Positions 19,201-29,342 of a stretch of DNA of 64,000 nucleotides are shown here, one piece after another. Every line of letters starts with the position of its first letter. Within the stretch, counting starts at the first letter, position 1. The translations under genes and the position numbers were made by a program. Origin of the DNA: a bacterium (GTDB lineage: Bacteria; UBA8248); the NCBI GenBank assembly GCA_965203325.1, contig OZ241875.1, positions 1,920,001 through 1,984,000 of the forward strand, given 5' to 3'. The notes below the pieces were generated by a model, which was not told the DNA's origin, did not search any database, and saw nothing but the letters and a program-made list of their open reading frames with translations.

Positions 19201-20049
19201 GTGAATCCGAACCTGAAAGACGCCAAAATGCCCGAAACGCTCGATGGGTGGGCCATTCTGCACCATATCTTCCGGGTGAACTGGCCCGCCTGGAACCGCC
19301 TGGAGAGCGCCCGGAGGCACCGTATCCTCGATGAAGCGACGGAATTCTTCGCCTCGGTCGCCCGGCCCGAATCCGGCGAGAGCGCACTCTTCAGCCTGCT
19401 GGGGCACAAGGGAGATTTGCTGTTTCTTCATTTCAGGCCCACGCTCGATGCGCTGAATGAAGTCGAGCTGGGGCTGCGGCGGCTGGCGCTGGCGGAATAT
19501 ATGGATGAGACCACCTCCTACCTCTCGTTCCTGGAACTAGGCCTCTACGAAATGACCGTGAAGCTCCACGCCCGGTTCGTGGATGAGGGTCTCGAGCCTG
19601 GAAGCGACGACTGGAAGGCGAAATGGTCCGAAGAGATGGACAGCCAGCGCGAGCGCATGAAAGAGCGCCTCTACATGGACATCCCCGAGACGAGATATCT
19701 GTGTTTTTACCCGATGAACAAGCGCCGGGGCGAGGAGAAGAACTGGTACGGCCTGCCCATCGAGGAACGCCAGCAGATGATGCGCGAACACGGCTTCGTC
19801 GGCAGACGCTACGCCGGCCGCGTTCAGCAAATCATCACGGGCAGCATCGGCTTCGACGACTGGGAGTGGGGCGTATACCTGTTCGCAGAAGACCCGCTCG
19901 TCTTCAAGCGCCTCGTATACGAGATGCGCTTCGATGAGGCCAGCGTCTGGTATGGCGAGTTCGGCCCCTTCTACACCGGGCTGCGCGTCATGCCGCACCA
20001 TTTGAAGAGCATCTTCCGCGGCCAGGTTCCCTCGCTTGAAGCGCCCTAA
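19201..20049 (+). CDS. chdC: Coproheme decarboxylase / chlorite-dismutase-like heme protein
   Basis: PETLDGWAILH, LGHKGDL, CFYPMNKRR, NWY, MMREHG..GRRY, GSIGFDDWEWGV, YEMRFDEAS. Confidence 0.8.
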   Translation: MNPNLKDAKMPETLDGWAILHHIFRVNWPAWNRLESARRHRILDEATEFFASVARPESGESALFSLLGHKGDLLFLHFRPTLDALNEVELGLRRLALAEYMDETTSYLSFLELGLYEMTVKLHARFVDEGLEPGSDDWKAKWSEEMDSQRERMKERLYMDIPETRYLCFYPMNKRRGEEKNWYGLPIEERQQMMREHGFVGRRYAGRVQQIITGSIGFDDWEWGVYLFAEDPLVFKRLVYEMRFDEASVWYGEFGPFYTGLRVMPHHLKSIFRGQVPSLEAP

Positions 20050-20078
20050 GTCGAGCGATTTCAAAGATCAGGCCCGTC

Positions 20079-20939
20079 ATGGCGAATATTCTCATCATAG
20101 GTTGCGGCTACGTCGGCGCTGCGCTCGGGGCGGCCCTAGCAGGTGAGGGCCACCTCGTCCGGGGCATGCGCCGAAACCCCGAAAGCCTGCCCGAATCCAT
20201 CATGCCGCTGAGGGCCGACGTCCACGACAAGGACCTGTGCGATCTTCTCCCCGAGGGCCTCGATTTCATCTTCTACACCCTCTCCTCGGGAGGCGGCGGC
20301 GAGGCCAGCTACCGGGCGGCGTATGCGGAAGGCCCGGGAAACCTCTTGGAAGCCATTGATAAAAAAGGAGAAAGGCCTAGGCGCATCTTCTTCACCTCGA
20401 GCACGGCCGTCTACGCGCAAACAGACGGCGGCCGGGTGGACGAGGAATCCCCCGCGCAGCCCGCCCATTACGCGGGCCGCATCCTGCTCGAAGGCGAGCG
20501 CGCTTTTCTGGAGAGCGGCCATCCCGCCACAATCCTAAGACTTTCAGGCATTTACGGCCCCGGCCGAACGCGCCTGATAGACGCCGTCCGGGGGGGCCAG
20601 GCCTTTGTCCATGAGGGTCCCCCCCGCTTCACGAACCGGATTCACCGCGATGACTGCGCGGGCGCGCTCGCTCACCTCATGAAGATGGATATGCCTGATG
20701 AGATATACATCGGCGTCGACGATGCGCCTGCGGATCGCCGCAAGGTATTGAATTGGCTGGCCGAGCGGCTGGGCGTCCCGCAACCGCGCGCAGCCGCGGG
20801 CGGCGAAGCCCCCTCCCCGCGCGCGACGACGAACAAGAGATGCTCGAACGCCAAGCTTAAATCGACAGGCTACCGCTTTCTCTATCCGTCCTACCGGGAG
20901 GGTTACGCCGAGATGATCGCAGATATGGAAACCACGTAA
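20079..20939 (+). CDS. NAD-dependent epimerase/dehydratase (atypical SDR)
   Basis: ILIIGCGYVG, TSSTAVY, RLSGIYGPGR, NRIHRDD. Confidence 0.85.
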   Translation: MANILIIGCGYVGAALGAALAGEGHLVRGMRRNPESLPESIMPLRADVHDKDLCDLLPEGLDFIFYTLSSGGGGEASYRAAYAEGPGNLLEAIDKKGERPRRIFFTSSTAVYAQTDGGRVDEESPAQPAHYAGRILLEGERAFLESGHPATILRLSGIYGPGRTRLIDAVRGGQAFVHEGPPRFTNRIHRDDCAGALAHLMKMDMPDEIYIGVDDAPADRRKVLNWLAERLGVPQPRAAAGGEAPSPRATTNKRCSNAKLKSTGYRFLYPSYREGYAEMIADMETT

Positions 20940-20951
20940 CCAGCAAACAAA

Positions 20952-21647
20952 TCAACTGTTTAGCAGGACCCTCAAATCCTTCCTCAGCTTCTCGAGAGAT
21001 TCCGCGTCGTTGCTGTGGTAATAGCCCCGGATAGTGAAGTTCCTGTCGATGAGCACGAAGCGCGAGCTGTGGGAGATCAGGATTCCCGGCGTCTTTCCCC
21101 CCTCCTGATGCCCGGGATGATGCGCGTGCGCATGGGGCACAAGAAGCCGGAAGACCCGCTCGCCGACCGAACCGGGTAAGCGCATGGCTTGTTTCGTCGC
21201 ATAGCTCAGCCGAAAGCCCTTGAGCGCCAAGTCCTTGATTTCCTTTTCCTTGCCCGTCAGGAAGAACCAGCGAGCCCTGTCCGCGCCGAACTTTTGCGCA
21301 TAGGCAGAGAGGCGCTCCGCCTTATCGAAAGCAGGGTCCGTGGTGATGGAGATCTGCCGGAAATCCTCTGAGCCCGAGAACGCTTGCTGAAGCCGCCGCA
21401 TCTCGACGCTCTGGAGGGGGCAGGTATCCTCACACCGCGTGTAGATGAAGTCCGCCACCCAGACTTTTCCCTTCAAGCGCTCTCTCGCGAACGCCCGGCC
21501 CGATGCGTCAACCAGCGTAAAATCAGGCAGTTGCGAATATACGGGCAGGCTCTCGAAAAGGCTTCTCTCGAGCCACCGCCACGCGGGCGCGGCCATCAGG
21601 CCGGCGAGAACGCCAAGTGTCAACACCAGAATCATGCGCCGCACCAT
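20952..21647 (-). CDS. SCO family copper chaperone
   Basis: N-terminal TM, LPDFTLVD, FIYTRCEDTCP (CxxxC), ITTDP, HSSRFVLID; His-rich insert HAHAHHPGH. Confidence 0.9.
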   Translation of the reverse strand: MVRRMILVLTLGVLAGLMAAPAWRWLERSLFESLPVYSQLPDFTLVDASGRAFARERLKGKVWVADFIYTRCEDTCPLQSVEMRRLQQAFSGSEDFRQISITTDPAFDKAERLSAYAQKFGADRARWFFLTGKEKEIKDLALKGFRLSYATKQAMRLPGSVGERVFRLLVPHAHAHHPGHQEGGKTPGILISHSSRFVLIDRNFTIRGYYHSNDAESLEKLRKDLRVLLNS

Positions 21648-21749
21648 ATCCGCCTCTCCCAGGAAACTCAAGAAAATCAGGCCCTTGCGACCACCCGTAT
21701 TCTTACAATACCCGCGCGCCGGTGCAAAGCGCGCCCGGAGGGATTCCTC

Positions 21750-22150
21750 CCCCGCAACTGCCCGCATTTGCCGTCATGGCGGGACCGGGCGATCGTGGCA
21801 GAATTCCCCTGCGCCCCGACCCGGCGGCGTCATTTCCCAAGAAAAAAATTTATCGTTTTTTATCGAAAAACCCCGTTAATTTATCTAATTTTATCGAAAT
21901 TTACGGAAATTCCATTTTCTCGAACGAAACCGCCCGGCTTCGCCATCATACGCGCCTGCGCCCCGGGCAGCGCGACGGCAATTGCGGGCAAATGCGGGTG
22001 GTTTCGAACGGGATGCGGAGAATTTCGTCCGGACGCCGGGAGGGCATGATGAGCGCTCCGCTGCGTGAAAAACCAAAAGCAAACGGGCGGCCTCTCCAGC
22101 ATATCCCATCGACGCGAAAACCCGGCGACGGCAATTGCGGGGAAATGCGC
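21750..22150. repeat. ~400-bp dispersed intergenic repeat, copy 2 (inverted relative to 9657-10010)
   Basis: Long colinear similarity to the reverse complement of 9657-10010. Confidence 0.85.
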
Positions 22151-22293
22151 CCCGCGCGGGAGGGATGAATACCCGGACGGATGGTGCGGAATCGAATCCG
22201 ACACCGGAATGACGGCCAAAACCGAAACCAGGCGGAGGCGCAGGCTCTCGACTTGAAAAGCCTCTCCCTATCCTCCCTCCTCAGGGGGGGAAA

Positions 22294-22458
22294 GACCTGA
22301 ACCTTCCCCTGAAAATGGCGCGTCTAAAACCGTGGTGTGAAGATGTAAACGCCACTCGGAACGGCACGGAATACGACTTCGTTTTCGTCGATCAAGAAAG
22401 TTTCGAGTCTTACAGGCCGGACAGCTTCGAAGCACTCATGGCGGGATTCCAAGAGTAG
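22294..22458 (+). pseudogene. C-terminal scar of a type III restriction (Res) subunit
   Basis: DLNLPLKMARLKPWCEDVNA..YDFVFVDQESFESYRPDSFEALMAGFQE*, matching from memory the conserved tail of a type III Res family; no upstream part. Confidence 0.6.
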
Positions 22459-22595
22459 AAGTCTTAATCCCCCCCTTCCCTCTCCGCGCATTCGGGTTCA
22501 TAATTCGGCTATACTCGTTCCCGAAGCCATCGACAAAAAGCCAGGGCCAGTCGGGCAACCCCCCGGCTTTACCGGAAACCCCATGAGGAGAAACC

Positions 22596-23867
22596 ATGAA
22601 GCGCGTGATCGCTCCTGCAAACTGCCCGGCCTCCCCGAAAGCGCAGTCAGAGGCCATCGAGACCGAACACCTGCTGTTTTTCGCCGGACAGATGGCGACG
22701 GACTACGCCACCGGCGTCGCGCCCGAGGCCGCCGTGGACCCCGACAACCCGTTCGCCGGTCCTCCGCCGATGGCCCGGCAGACCCACGTCATCCTCCGGC
22801 GGATGGGGGAAATCCTCGAATCAGCGGGCCTCGGTTTCGAGGACCTGATCCGCATCGAGCAGTTCATCACCGGCCGCGAGGAGGCCGCGTGGTATTCCGC
22901 GACGAGGCAGGCCTACATGTCGAAGGCGCACCCGACCAGCACGCGGGTGGTGGCGCGCGCCCTGGAGGTGCCCGGTGCGCTCATCGTATGCGACGGCTTC
23001 GCGCTCAAGCCCGGCTCGGGATGGGAGAAGCAGACGCACGACCTGGAACTCGTGCCCAAGTCCCTCACAGGCTACCCCGCGGCCCAGTCCGCAGGTCCTT
23101 TCGTGCTGATGCCGGGCATGATCGCCACCGACTACGCGACCGGGATCCACCCCGACGCCCGCGTCGACCCGGTTTTCTGGCACCAGTCCGCCATCAAGCG
23201 CCAGACCGAGTACATCCTCCGCACCAAGCGGAAGGTGCTGAACGAACTCGGCCTCGACCTCGAGAACATCGTCCAGACCTCCGTCTACCTCACCCACATG
23301 GAGGACCTCCCGGCGGTGGACCTCGTGTGGCGCGAGTTCTTTGGCGACGCCCCGCCCGCGCGCAGCGTCATCCCCTGCGACGATCTGGCCATCGGCGGCG
23401 CGCGCATCGAGGTCAGCTCCATCTCCCTGCGCCCCGACGGCGGGCTTGCGCACCGAACGATTCACGCGCCCGACGCCCCGCCGTCCCCCTTCCACGAACC
23501 GCACGCCGTCAAGACGGGGCCGTATCTGTGGCTTTCGACGCAGATCGCAGCAAACGAAAGCGGCCTCGCGCCCGAGGTCCGCGTGAACCCGGGCCTTCCC
23601 TGGCATTCCTCGCCGGTCAAGCGCCAGACCGAATACATATTGGGGAACGCGGACGCCATCTGCCGCGCTGCGGGCGGGAGCCTCGCCGACGTCGTGAGAA
23701 GCCAGACCGTGTTCGTCGACATGGCCGATCTGCACGGCGCGTTCGAAGTCTGGGGCGGCGCATTCACGGACGCGCCGCCGGTGAACATGAGCGCGCAGAC
23801 CGCCACCCCGATGCCCGTGCCGGGGTGCCGGGTCCTGGCGTCGCTCGTGGCCTACATCCCGGATTGA
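22596..23867 (+). CDS. Rid (YjgF/RidA) superfamily protein with three tandem domains
   Basis: Three ~130-aa repeats, each with (A/K)RQT..IL; PARS Arg motif only in domain 2. Confidence 0.8.
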   Translation: MKRVIAPANCPASPKAQSEAIETEHLLFFAGQMATDYATGVAPEAAVDPDNPFAGPPPMARQTHVILRRMGEILESAGLGFEDLIRIEQFITGREEAAWYSATRQAYMSKAHPTSTRVVARALEVPGALIVCDGFALKPGSGWEKQTHDLELVPKSLTGYPAAQSAGPFVLMPGMIATDYATGIHPDARVDPVFWHQSAIKRQTEYILRTKRKVLNELGLDLENIVQTSVYLTHMEDLPAVDLVWREFFGDAPPARSVIPCDDLAIGGARIEVSSISLRPDGGLAHRTIHAPDAPPSPFHEPHAVKTGPYLWLSTQIAANESGLAPEVRVNPGLPWHSSPVKRQTEYILGNADAICRAAGGSLADVVRSQTVFVDMADLHGAFEVWGGAFTDAPPVNMSAQTATPMPVPGCRVLASLVAYIPD

Positions 23868-23922
23868 GGGGAGGTGTCTCGGCCTTCGGGGATGAAGGAG
23901 ACGCCCCGCTCGACTGAAAAAC

Positions 23923-24379
23923 CAACCCCCCCTACCCCCCCTTGACAGGGGGGCAGAAAAAGATCCCCCCCTCGCCGAGGGCGCCGCTTTTATCCCCCTG
24001 AGGAACGTCCGGGCGTAGACGACGGAAAGCGAATTCCTGCCGAGGGGTTTTGACTTTACCCCCCTGTTAAGGGGGGGTAGGGGGGGTTGCCTTTCAAGCA
24101 AAGGCGGGCGGCCACACGGTCAGACATATATGTCTGACCCCTACAAAACCGCAGACCCTCCCACCGTCATTCCGGCGAAAGCCGGAATCCATTTTATGAT
24201 TTTTGTTTTCGTTTTCGCATTTGATCCCTACTCGCGGGAGGGAGCGGCGCGCCCGAATCCAGAACGGATGAGGCGGATATATGGCGGCGTTCGTATCTTC
24301 CCCGGTCGTGAGAGAGGACGTCCGGGCAAAAGGCCAAAGACAAAGACGAAAATGGATTCCGGCTTTCGCCGGAATGACG
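23923..24379. repeat. Stack of three REP families (CCCCCCT pair, GTAG-type palindrome, CGTC REPIN unit)
   Basis: 23923-24088 C/G-tract pair; GGTCAGACATATATGTCTGACCCCTAC at ~24118-24144; CGTC unit 24165-24379. Confidence 0.85.
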
Positions 24380-24671
24380 AACAAAGGCGAAGGTCAATCC
24401 CTAGCGAAGCGGCAACACAACAACCGCCCCAGGCCGGGATTTCGGGGAGCAGGCGCCTCGCGCGTGGTTTAATCCGCGCATATATTGTGCTAGTGTCAGG
24501 TACATACAGAATATAAAGTGCGCTTGAGATCGCGAGCGAGCGATGCGGAATCGAGGCGGGACCACGATTTTCACGTCGTTTCTGCTTCATGCGATATGGC
24601 CCCGTTTCCCCGCCGTCTTTTGCGTGCCGTGTCCGCCGGGCTCCGGCCCGGCCAGGAGAGGGAGTGGTTAT

Positions 24672-26027
24672 ATGGAACAGGCGGCGGGTATGCCCGAACA
24701 TCGGGAGAAGGTCTGGGCGGCGATCGACAAGGGGCGCCTCAAGAAGCTGGGGATGGACCTGGTCGACATCTGGAGTCCCACCGGAGAAGAAGAGGAGATC
24801 GCCCGCTTCCTCGGCGAGCACTACGAGTCCATCGGGCTCGCCTCGCGCCTCCAGGAGTTCGAGACGGAACGGTTCAACGCGCTGGGGACGCTCAAGGGCG
24901 ACGGCACCGGCATCGAGTTCCTCTTCTGCGGACATATCGACACCTCCTACTCGGGCAAGGAGCCCGGCCTCCCCAAGCTCCCCGCCTACCAGCCCAGCGC
25001 CTGGAGCGAGACCGACCCCGCCACGGGCGAGGAGTGGATATACGGCCTGGGCATCTACAACATGAAGGGCGCGATCGCCTGCTACGTCGAGGCCCTGAAC
25101 GCCATCCAGGACGCGGGCGTCAAGCTCAAGGGGAACGTCACCGTCGGGGCGGTGGGCGGCGAGATCGAGATGGGCGCGATCGACCAGTACCAGGGCAAGC
25201 ACTACCGGGGCGGCGGCTGCGGCGCCTGCTATCTGGCCACCCACGGCGGCACCGCCGACATGGCGGTCATCGGCGAGCCGTCCGAGATGCGGGTGGTTCT
25301 CGGCCACATGGGCTACGTCTACCACAAGATCACCGTCTACGGGACGCCGGCCCACACGACCTACGCGCACAACGCGGTCAACGCCATCCTGAAGATGAAG
25401 AAAATCCTCGACGCCCTGGAGCGCTGGGCGCCCAAGTACCGCGAAGCGCACCCCTACGGCAACTCGCACGCCAACGTGAACATTGCGGCCATCGAGGGCG
25501 GCTGGCCCTGGCGGTGCAGCCGCACCCCCGTCTTCTGCAACCTCTACATGGATACGCGCCTTCTCCCCAGGCAGCACCCCCTGGAGATCAAGCGCGAGAT
25601 CGAGGACATCATCGAGGAGATCGTGGCGGGAGACCCCGACCTCAAGGTGGATCTGGAGATGTACATGTCCAACCCGGGGGCCGAGATCGAAGATGACGAA
25701 TACATCTACGGCGCCATCAAGCGCGCCCACAAGTCGGTGCACGGACAGGACCCGGAAACGGTGACGGAGGGCTGGATATCGGACGCCTCCCACATCACGC
25801 GCTACGGCGTTCCCACCCTCAACTACGGACCCTCGGGCAGGACGCGCTCAGGCGTTCCGGGGTGGGACCCGAACATCGGCGAGCACGTGAGCCTCGAGGA
25901 CCTCTACCACACCACGAAGGTCTATGCGAGCCTGCTGCTCGAGGTTTGCGGTAGGCCGAAGGAGGAAATCCTCCCCCACATCAAGCGGAAGATCGAAGAG
26001 CAGCGCCACAGCACGGTCACGCTCTAA
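24672..26027 (+). CDS. M20/ArgE/DapE family metallohydrolase
   Basis: FCGHIDT, GLGIYNMKG, VGGEIE, VIGEP, GTPAH, SDA, YGP, EHV; the usual DMKG and DEE motifs are altered. Confidence 0.85.
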   Translation: MEQAAGMPEHREKVWAAIDKGRLKKLGMDLVDIWSPTGEEEEIARFLGEHYESIGLASRLQEFETERFNALGTLKGDGTGIEFLFCGHIDTSYSGKEPGLPKLPAYQPSAWSETDPATGEEWIYGLGIYNMKGAIACYVEALNAIQDAGVKLKGNVTVGAVGGEIEMGAIDQYQGKHYRGGGCGACYLATHGGTADMAVIGEPSEMRVVLGHMGYVYHKITVYGTPAHTTYAHNAVNAILKMKKILDALERWAPKYREAHPYGNSHANVNIAAIEGGWPWRCSRTPVFCNLYMDTRLLPRQHPLEIKREIEDIIEEIVAGDPDLKVDLEMYMSNPGAEIEDDEYIYGAIKRAHKSVHGQDPETVTEGWISDASHITRYGVPTLNYGPSGRTRSGVPGWDPNIGEHVSLEDLYHTTKVYASLLLEVCGRPKEEILPHIKRKIEEQRHSTVTL

Positions 26028-26057
26028 GCCGCGGGAGGAGGAAGACGACGGATAGTC

Positions 26058-26290
26058 GGGGTTGTTGAAAAAGACCCCTTTTCAGGGGGCAGAGAGAACG
26101 CTCCTTTCTTCTGGAAAGGCAACCCCCCCTACCCCCCCTTGACAGGGGGGTATGAAAAGGCGACGCCCGCCGCCGGTAGAGGGGTTTTTGTTTTTTCCTG
26201 CCCTCCAGACAAAGGGGGTAAAAAAGAAGGCCCCCCTGACAAGGGGGATAAGAAAAAACCCCCCTGATAAGGGGGGGAAAGAGGGGTTGC
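26058..26290. repeat. IS-like end plus CCCCCCT-type palindromes
   Basis: GGGGTTGTTGAAAAAG followed by several CCCCCCT-N-AGGGGG hairpins. Confidence 0.75.
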
Positions 26291-26387
26291 TGTTCCGGAG
26301 AAGGGGAACCCGGGTTTCACCTGGACGTTTGAGGAAGTTCCTGAAGAAGTTCGCTTTTCGAGGCAATCACTACAGGGAGGTTGAGCT

Positions 26388-27377
26388 ATGCGTCACACGG
26401 CAAACAGGATGTTCGGATTCGCGCTGATTCTACTGGTAGCGTTCGCCCTGGTTGCGGCCGTTCCGGCAGAGGCGGCGCCCAAGAAGTCCCAGTACACTTA
26501 TCTCATCGGCTCCACGCCCCAGTTCGCACCGATGGTGACGGCGGTCCACAAGGGGTTCTACAAGAAGCTGGGACTCAACGTGAAACTCAAGCACTTCACC
26601 TCGGGCGGCGTCGCCGCGCAGTCGTTCATCGCGGGACGCGGAGACTTCGTCAACACGGGCGACTGGCCCGCCGTACGCACTTGGCTCCAGACCAAGGGCA
26701 AGATCGTGGGGGTCCACCCCTCCGCGCACTACACCGAGCTTTCGGTGGTGGTCGCCAAGAAATCGATCAAGAGCGCCAAGGATTTCATCGGCAAGACGAT
26801 GGGCGTATGGCTGGGGACGACGTCGGAGTTCTTCGCGGCCAAGTATCTCGACGCGAACGGCGTCAAGCTCTCCGACGTGAAGTACAAGAACGTCAAGCCG
26901 GCCGAGATGGTCGTCGCCCTCGACGGGGGCGACCTGGACGGCTTCACCATCTGGCAGCCCTTCGGCTGGCGGTCGGTCGAGGTGTCGGGCGCGAAAAAGG
27001 TGCACATCCTGAGCACGGGCAAGGGCTTCTTCACCGAGTACATGGTCACGTCCGCCCGCAAGGACCTCATCGACAACGACTTCGACGCCGTGACGGCGCT
27101 CATCAAGGGGACGATGCAGGGCGCCGAGTTCTCCGCGAAGAACGTTGACGAAGCGTCGAAGATCGTGGGCAAGGAGTTCAAGGTCCCCGCGGACAAGGCC
27201 AAGCGGATGATCGCGGTCATGAACATGGACGTGTCCTATACGGCGCAATTCCGTAAAGACATGGACTCCCTCAACAACTTCATGATCTCGAAGGGCAAGT
27301 CGAAGGCCAAGGTGGACTGGGGCAAGCTCTTCGACACGCGGGGACTGAAGTCGGTGAGCCCCAAGCTCATCAAGTAG
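26388..27377 (+). CDS. NitT/TauT/SsuA-type ABC transporter substrate-binding protein
   Basis: Signal peptide, GFYKKLGLNV, GTTSEFF, DGFTIWQP. Confidence 0.85.
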   Translation: MRHTANRMFGFALILLVAFALVAAVPAEAAPKKSQYTYLIGSTPQFAPMVTAVHKGFYKKLGLNVKLKHFTSGGVAAQSFIAGRGDFVNTGDWPAVRTWLQTKGKIVGVHPSAHYTELSVVVAKKSIKSAKDFIGKTMGVWLGTTSEFFAAKYLDANGVKLSDVKYKNVKPAEMVVALDGGDLDGFTIWQPFGWRSVEVSGAKKVHILSTGKGFFTEYMVTSARKDLIDNDFDAVTALIKGTMQGAEFSAKNVDEASKIVGKEFKVPADKAKRMIAVMNMDVSYTAQFRKDMDSLNNFMISKGKSKAKVDWGKLFDTRGLKSVSPKLIK

Positions 27378-27403
27378 GCAAGGGACGAAAACGCGGTTCG
27401 GGC

Positions 27404-27712
27404 CAGTTGAAAAAGTCCCTTGAGGGTCGGGGTTCTCCTCCTCGGGAAACCCGGCGCCAAGACGAGCAAAGGCGAGATTCACTCCCCCCTTGAGGGGGGG
27501 TCAGCAAGGCAAGGACGAAGTCCGCAGCCGCGCTGGTGGGGGGAGCTTTTATTTCAGAATCGTTCCCCCATCGCATCAGCCTTCGCACAAAACGCTCGGC
27601 TTCTGCGTCTGGCTTTCCCCTCGGGAAGCCAGACCCTCAAGGGGGGAGTGGATTTGAAACCTGACCGAGGAGAGAGGGGTCGCTCCCCCTCAAAGGGGTT
27701 TTTTCAACAGCG
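27404..27712. repeat. Palindromic cassette with IS-like inverted ends inside the ABC operon
   Basis: CAGTTGAAAAAG ... TTTTTTCAACAG; internal CTCCCCCTTGAGGGGG / CCCTCAAGGGGGGAG. Confidence 0.7.
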
Positions 27713-27769
27713 CTGTTTCCCCCGCCTCCGGCCGGCCGAGCGGCCCGGGGGCGGGGACGAGGAGGCGGA

Positions 27770-28555
27770 GTGAGCTGGCGGGTCTTACGCCTGGAGGGCG
27801 TGGGGAAGGATTTCACCCGCGCCGACGGGGGCGTCGCGCAGGTGTTGCGGAACGTCACCCTGACCGTGGAGCGGGGAGCTTTCTTCACCCTCCTCGGACC
27901 GAGCGGGTGCGGCAAATCCACCCTCCTCAACATCGTCGCCGGCTTCGAGGGGGCGACGACGGGAGGCGCTTCGCTCGACGACAAGCCCGTCGCCGGACCC
28001 GGAACGGACAGGACGGTCATCTTCCAGGACGTCAGCAACGCTCTTTTCCCATGGATGAACGCGCGCGAAAACGTGGAGTTCGGCCCGAAGATGGCCCGTC
28101 TCGGCGCCGGGGAGCGCAATGAGCGGGCCGAGAAGTACCTTCGGCTCGTGGGCCTCGACGCCGACGCCGGGAAGTTCCCCTTCGAGCTCTCGGGCGGGAT
28201 GAAGCAGCGCATCCAGATCGCCCGCGCGCTGGCGAACGACCCGGACATCCTCCTCATGGACGAGCCTTTCGCGGCCCTGGACGCGATAACGAAGAAACAC
28301 CTCCAGGTCGAATTCCGTAAAATCTGGTCCGAGACGGGCAAGACCATTTTCTACATCACCCACGACATCTTCGAGGCGCTCCTGCTGAGCACCCACCTGG
28401 CGGTGATGACGGCAGGTCCCAAGGCGGGGATCAAGGAGGTCTTCCAACTCGACCTGGAAGAGCCCCGCTCTCCGTCGAATCCCGATTTCGCCGCCATGTA
28501 CAGCCGGGTCGAGACACTCATCGACGAAGAAGTGCAGAGGATGCGCGCCCGGTGA
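27770..28555 (+). CDS. ABC transporter ATP-binding protein (NitT/TauT)
   Basis: GPSGCGKST, LSGGMKQR, LLMDEPF, ITHD. Confidence 0.93.
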   Translation: MSWRVLRLEGVGKDFTRADGGVAQVLRNVTLTVERGAFFTLLGPSGCGKSTLLNIVAGFEGATTGGASLDDKPVAGPGTDRTVIFQDVSNALFPWMNARENVEFGPKMARLGAGERNERAEKYLRLVGLDADAGKFPFELSGGMKQRIQIARALANDPDILLMDEPFAALDAITKKHLQVEFRKIWSETGKTIFYITHDIFEALLLSTHLAVMTAGPKAGIKEVFQLDLEEPRSPSNPDFAAMYSRVETLIDEEVQRMRAR

Positions 28556-29319
28556 GCCGCCGGATGGTCTTCTGGAGAACGCTCTCGGTCGCCGCGGCGT
28601 TCTCCCTGTGGTGGCTGAGCAGCGGCACCCTCTTCAACCCGATCCTGGTTCCCGCGCCGCACAAGGTCGCCGTGCACCTCTGGGAGATGACGGCGGACGG
28701 CGAGATACTCTTTCACGCCTGGGCCAGCCTCCGGCGCGTGATCGTCGGTTACGCCTTGGGCTCCGTCTTGGGGATTCTCACGGGCGTCGCCGTCGCGCGG
28801 ATCCGGATAGCCGAAGACATGCTGGAGCCGCCCCTTCAGTTCGTGCGCAACATCACTCCTGTCGCCATCATCCCGCTGGCGGTGAACGCCTTCGGCCTGG
28901 AGGAGCCCAGCAAGTATTTCGTCATCATCTATTCGACCATCATTCCGGTCGTCTTCAACACCGCGGCGGGGGTGGCGTCGACCCCGCAGATTCGCGTCCG
29001 CGCGGCCATGTGCCTGGGCGCGGGGCGTTGGGATATCTTCGTGCGCGTGGTGCTGCCCTCGGCCTGGCCGTTCATCCTCACAGGCCTCAGGGTCGCGCTC
29101 GGCTTCGCGTTCATGGGGGTGGTGGCCGCGGAGATGATCGCGGCCGAGTCCGGCGTGGGCTACCTCATCATGCAAAGCCGGAACATGCTGCTGCCCGAGC
29201 AGATGTTCTCGGGGCTGTTCCTGCTGGGCCTGATCGGTCTCGTCACGGATCGCGCCTTCCAGTTCACCATCGGCAGGCTCATGCGGCGCTACATGCTGCA
29301 GACGGCCGCGTTCGACTGA
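28552..29319 (+). CDS. ABC transporter permease (NitT/TauT)
   Basis: SLRRV, EAA-loop variant RAAMCLGA, VVAAEM. Confidence 0.9.
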   Translation: MSRRMVFWRTLSVAAAFSLWWLSSGTLFNPILVPAPHKVAVHLWEMTADGEILFHAWASLRRVIVGYALGSVLGILTGVAVARIRIAEDMLEPPLQFVRNITPVAIIPLAVNAFGLEEPSKYFVIIYSTIIPVVFNTAAGVASTPQIRVRAAMCLGAGRWDIFVRVVLPSAWPFILTGLRVALGFAFMGVVAAEMIAAESGVGYLIMQSRNMLLPEQMFSGLFLLGLIGLVTDRAFQFTIGRLMRRYMLQTAAFD

Positions 29320-29342
29320 TACGGGATGGGAGACGGGAAAGA

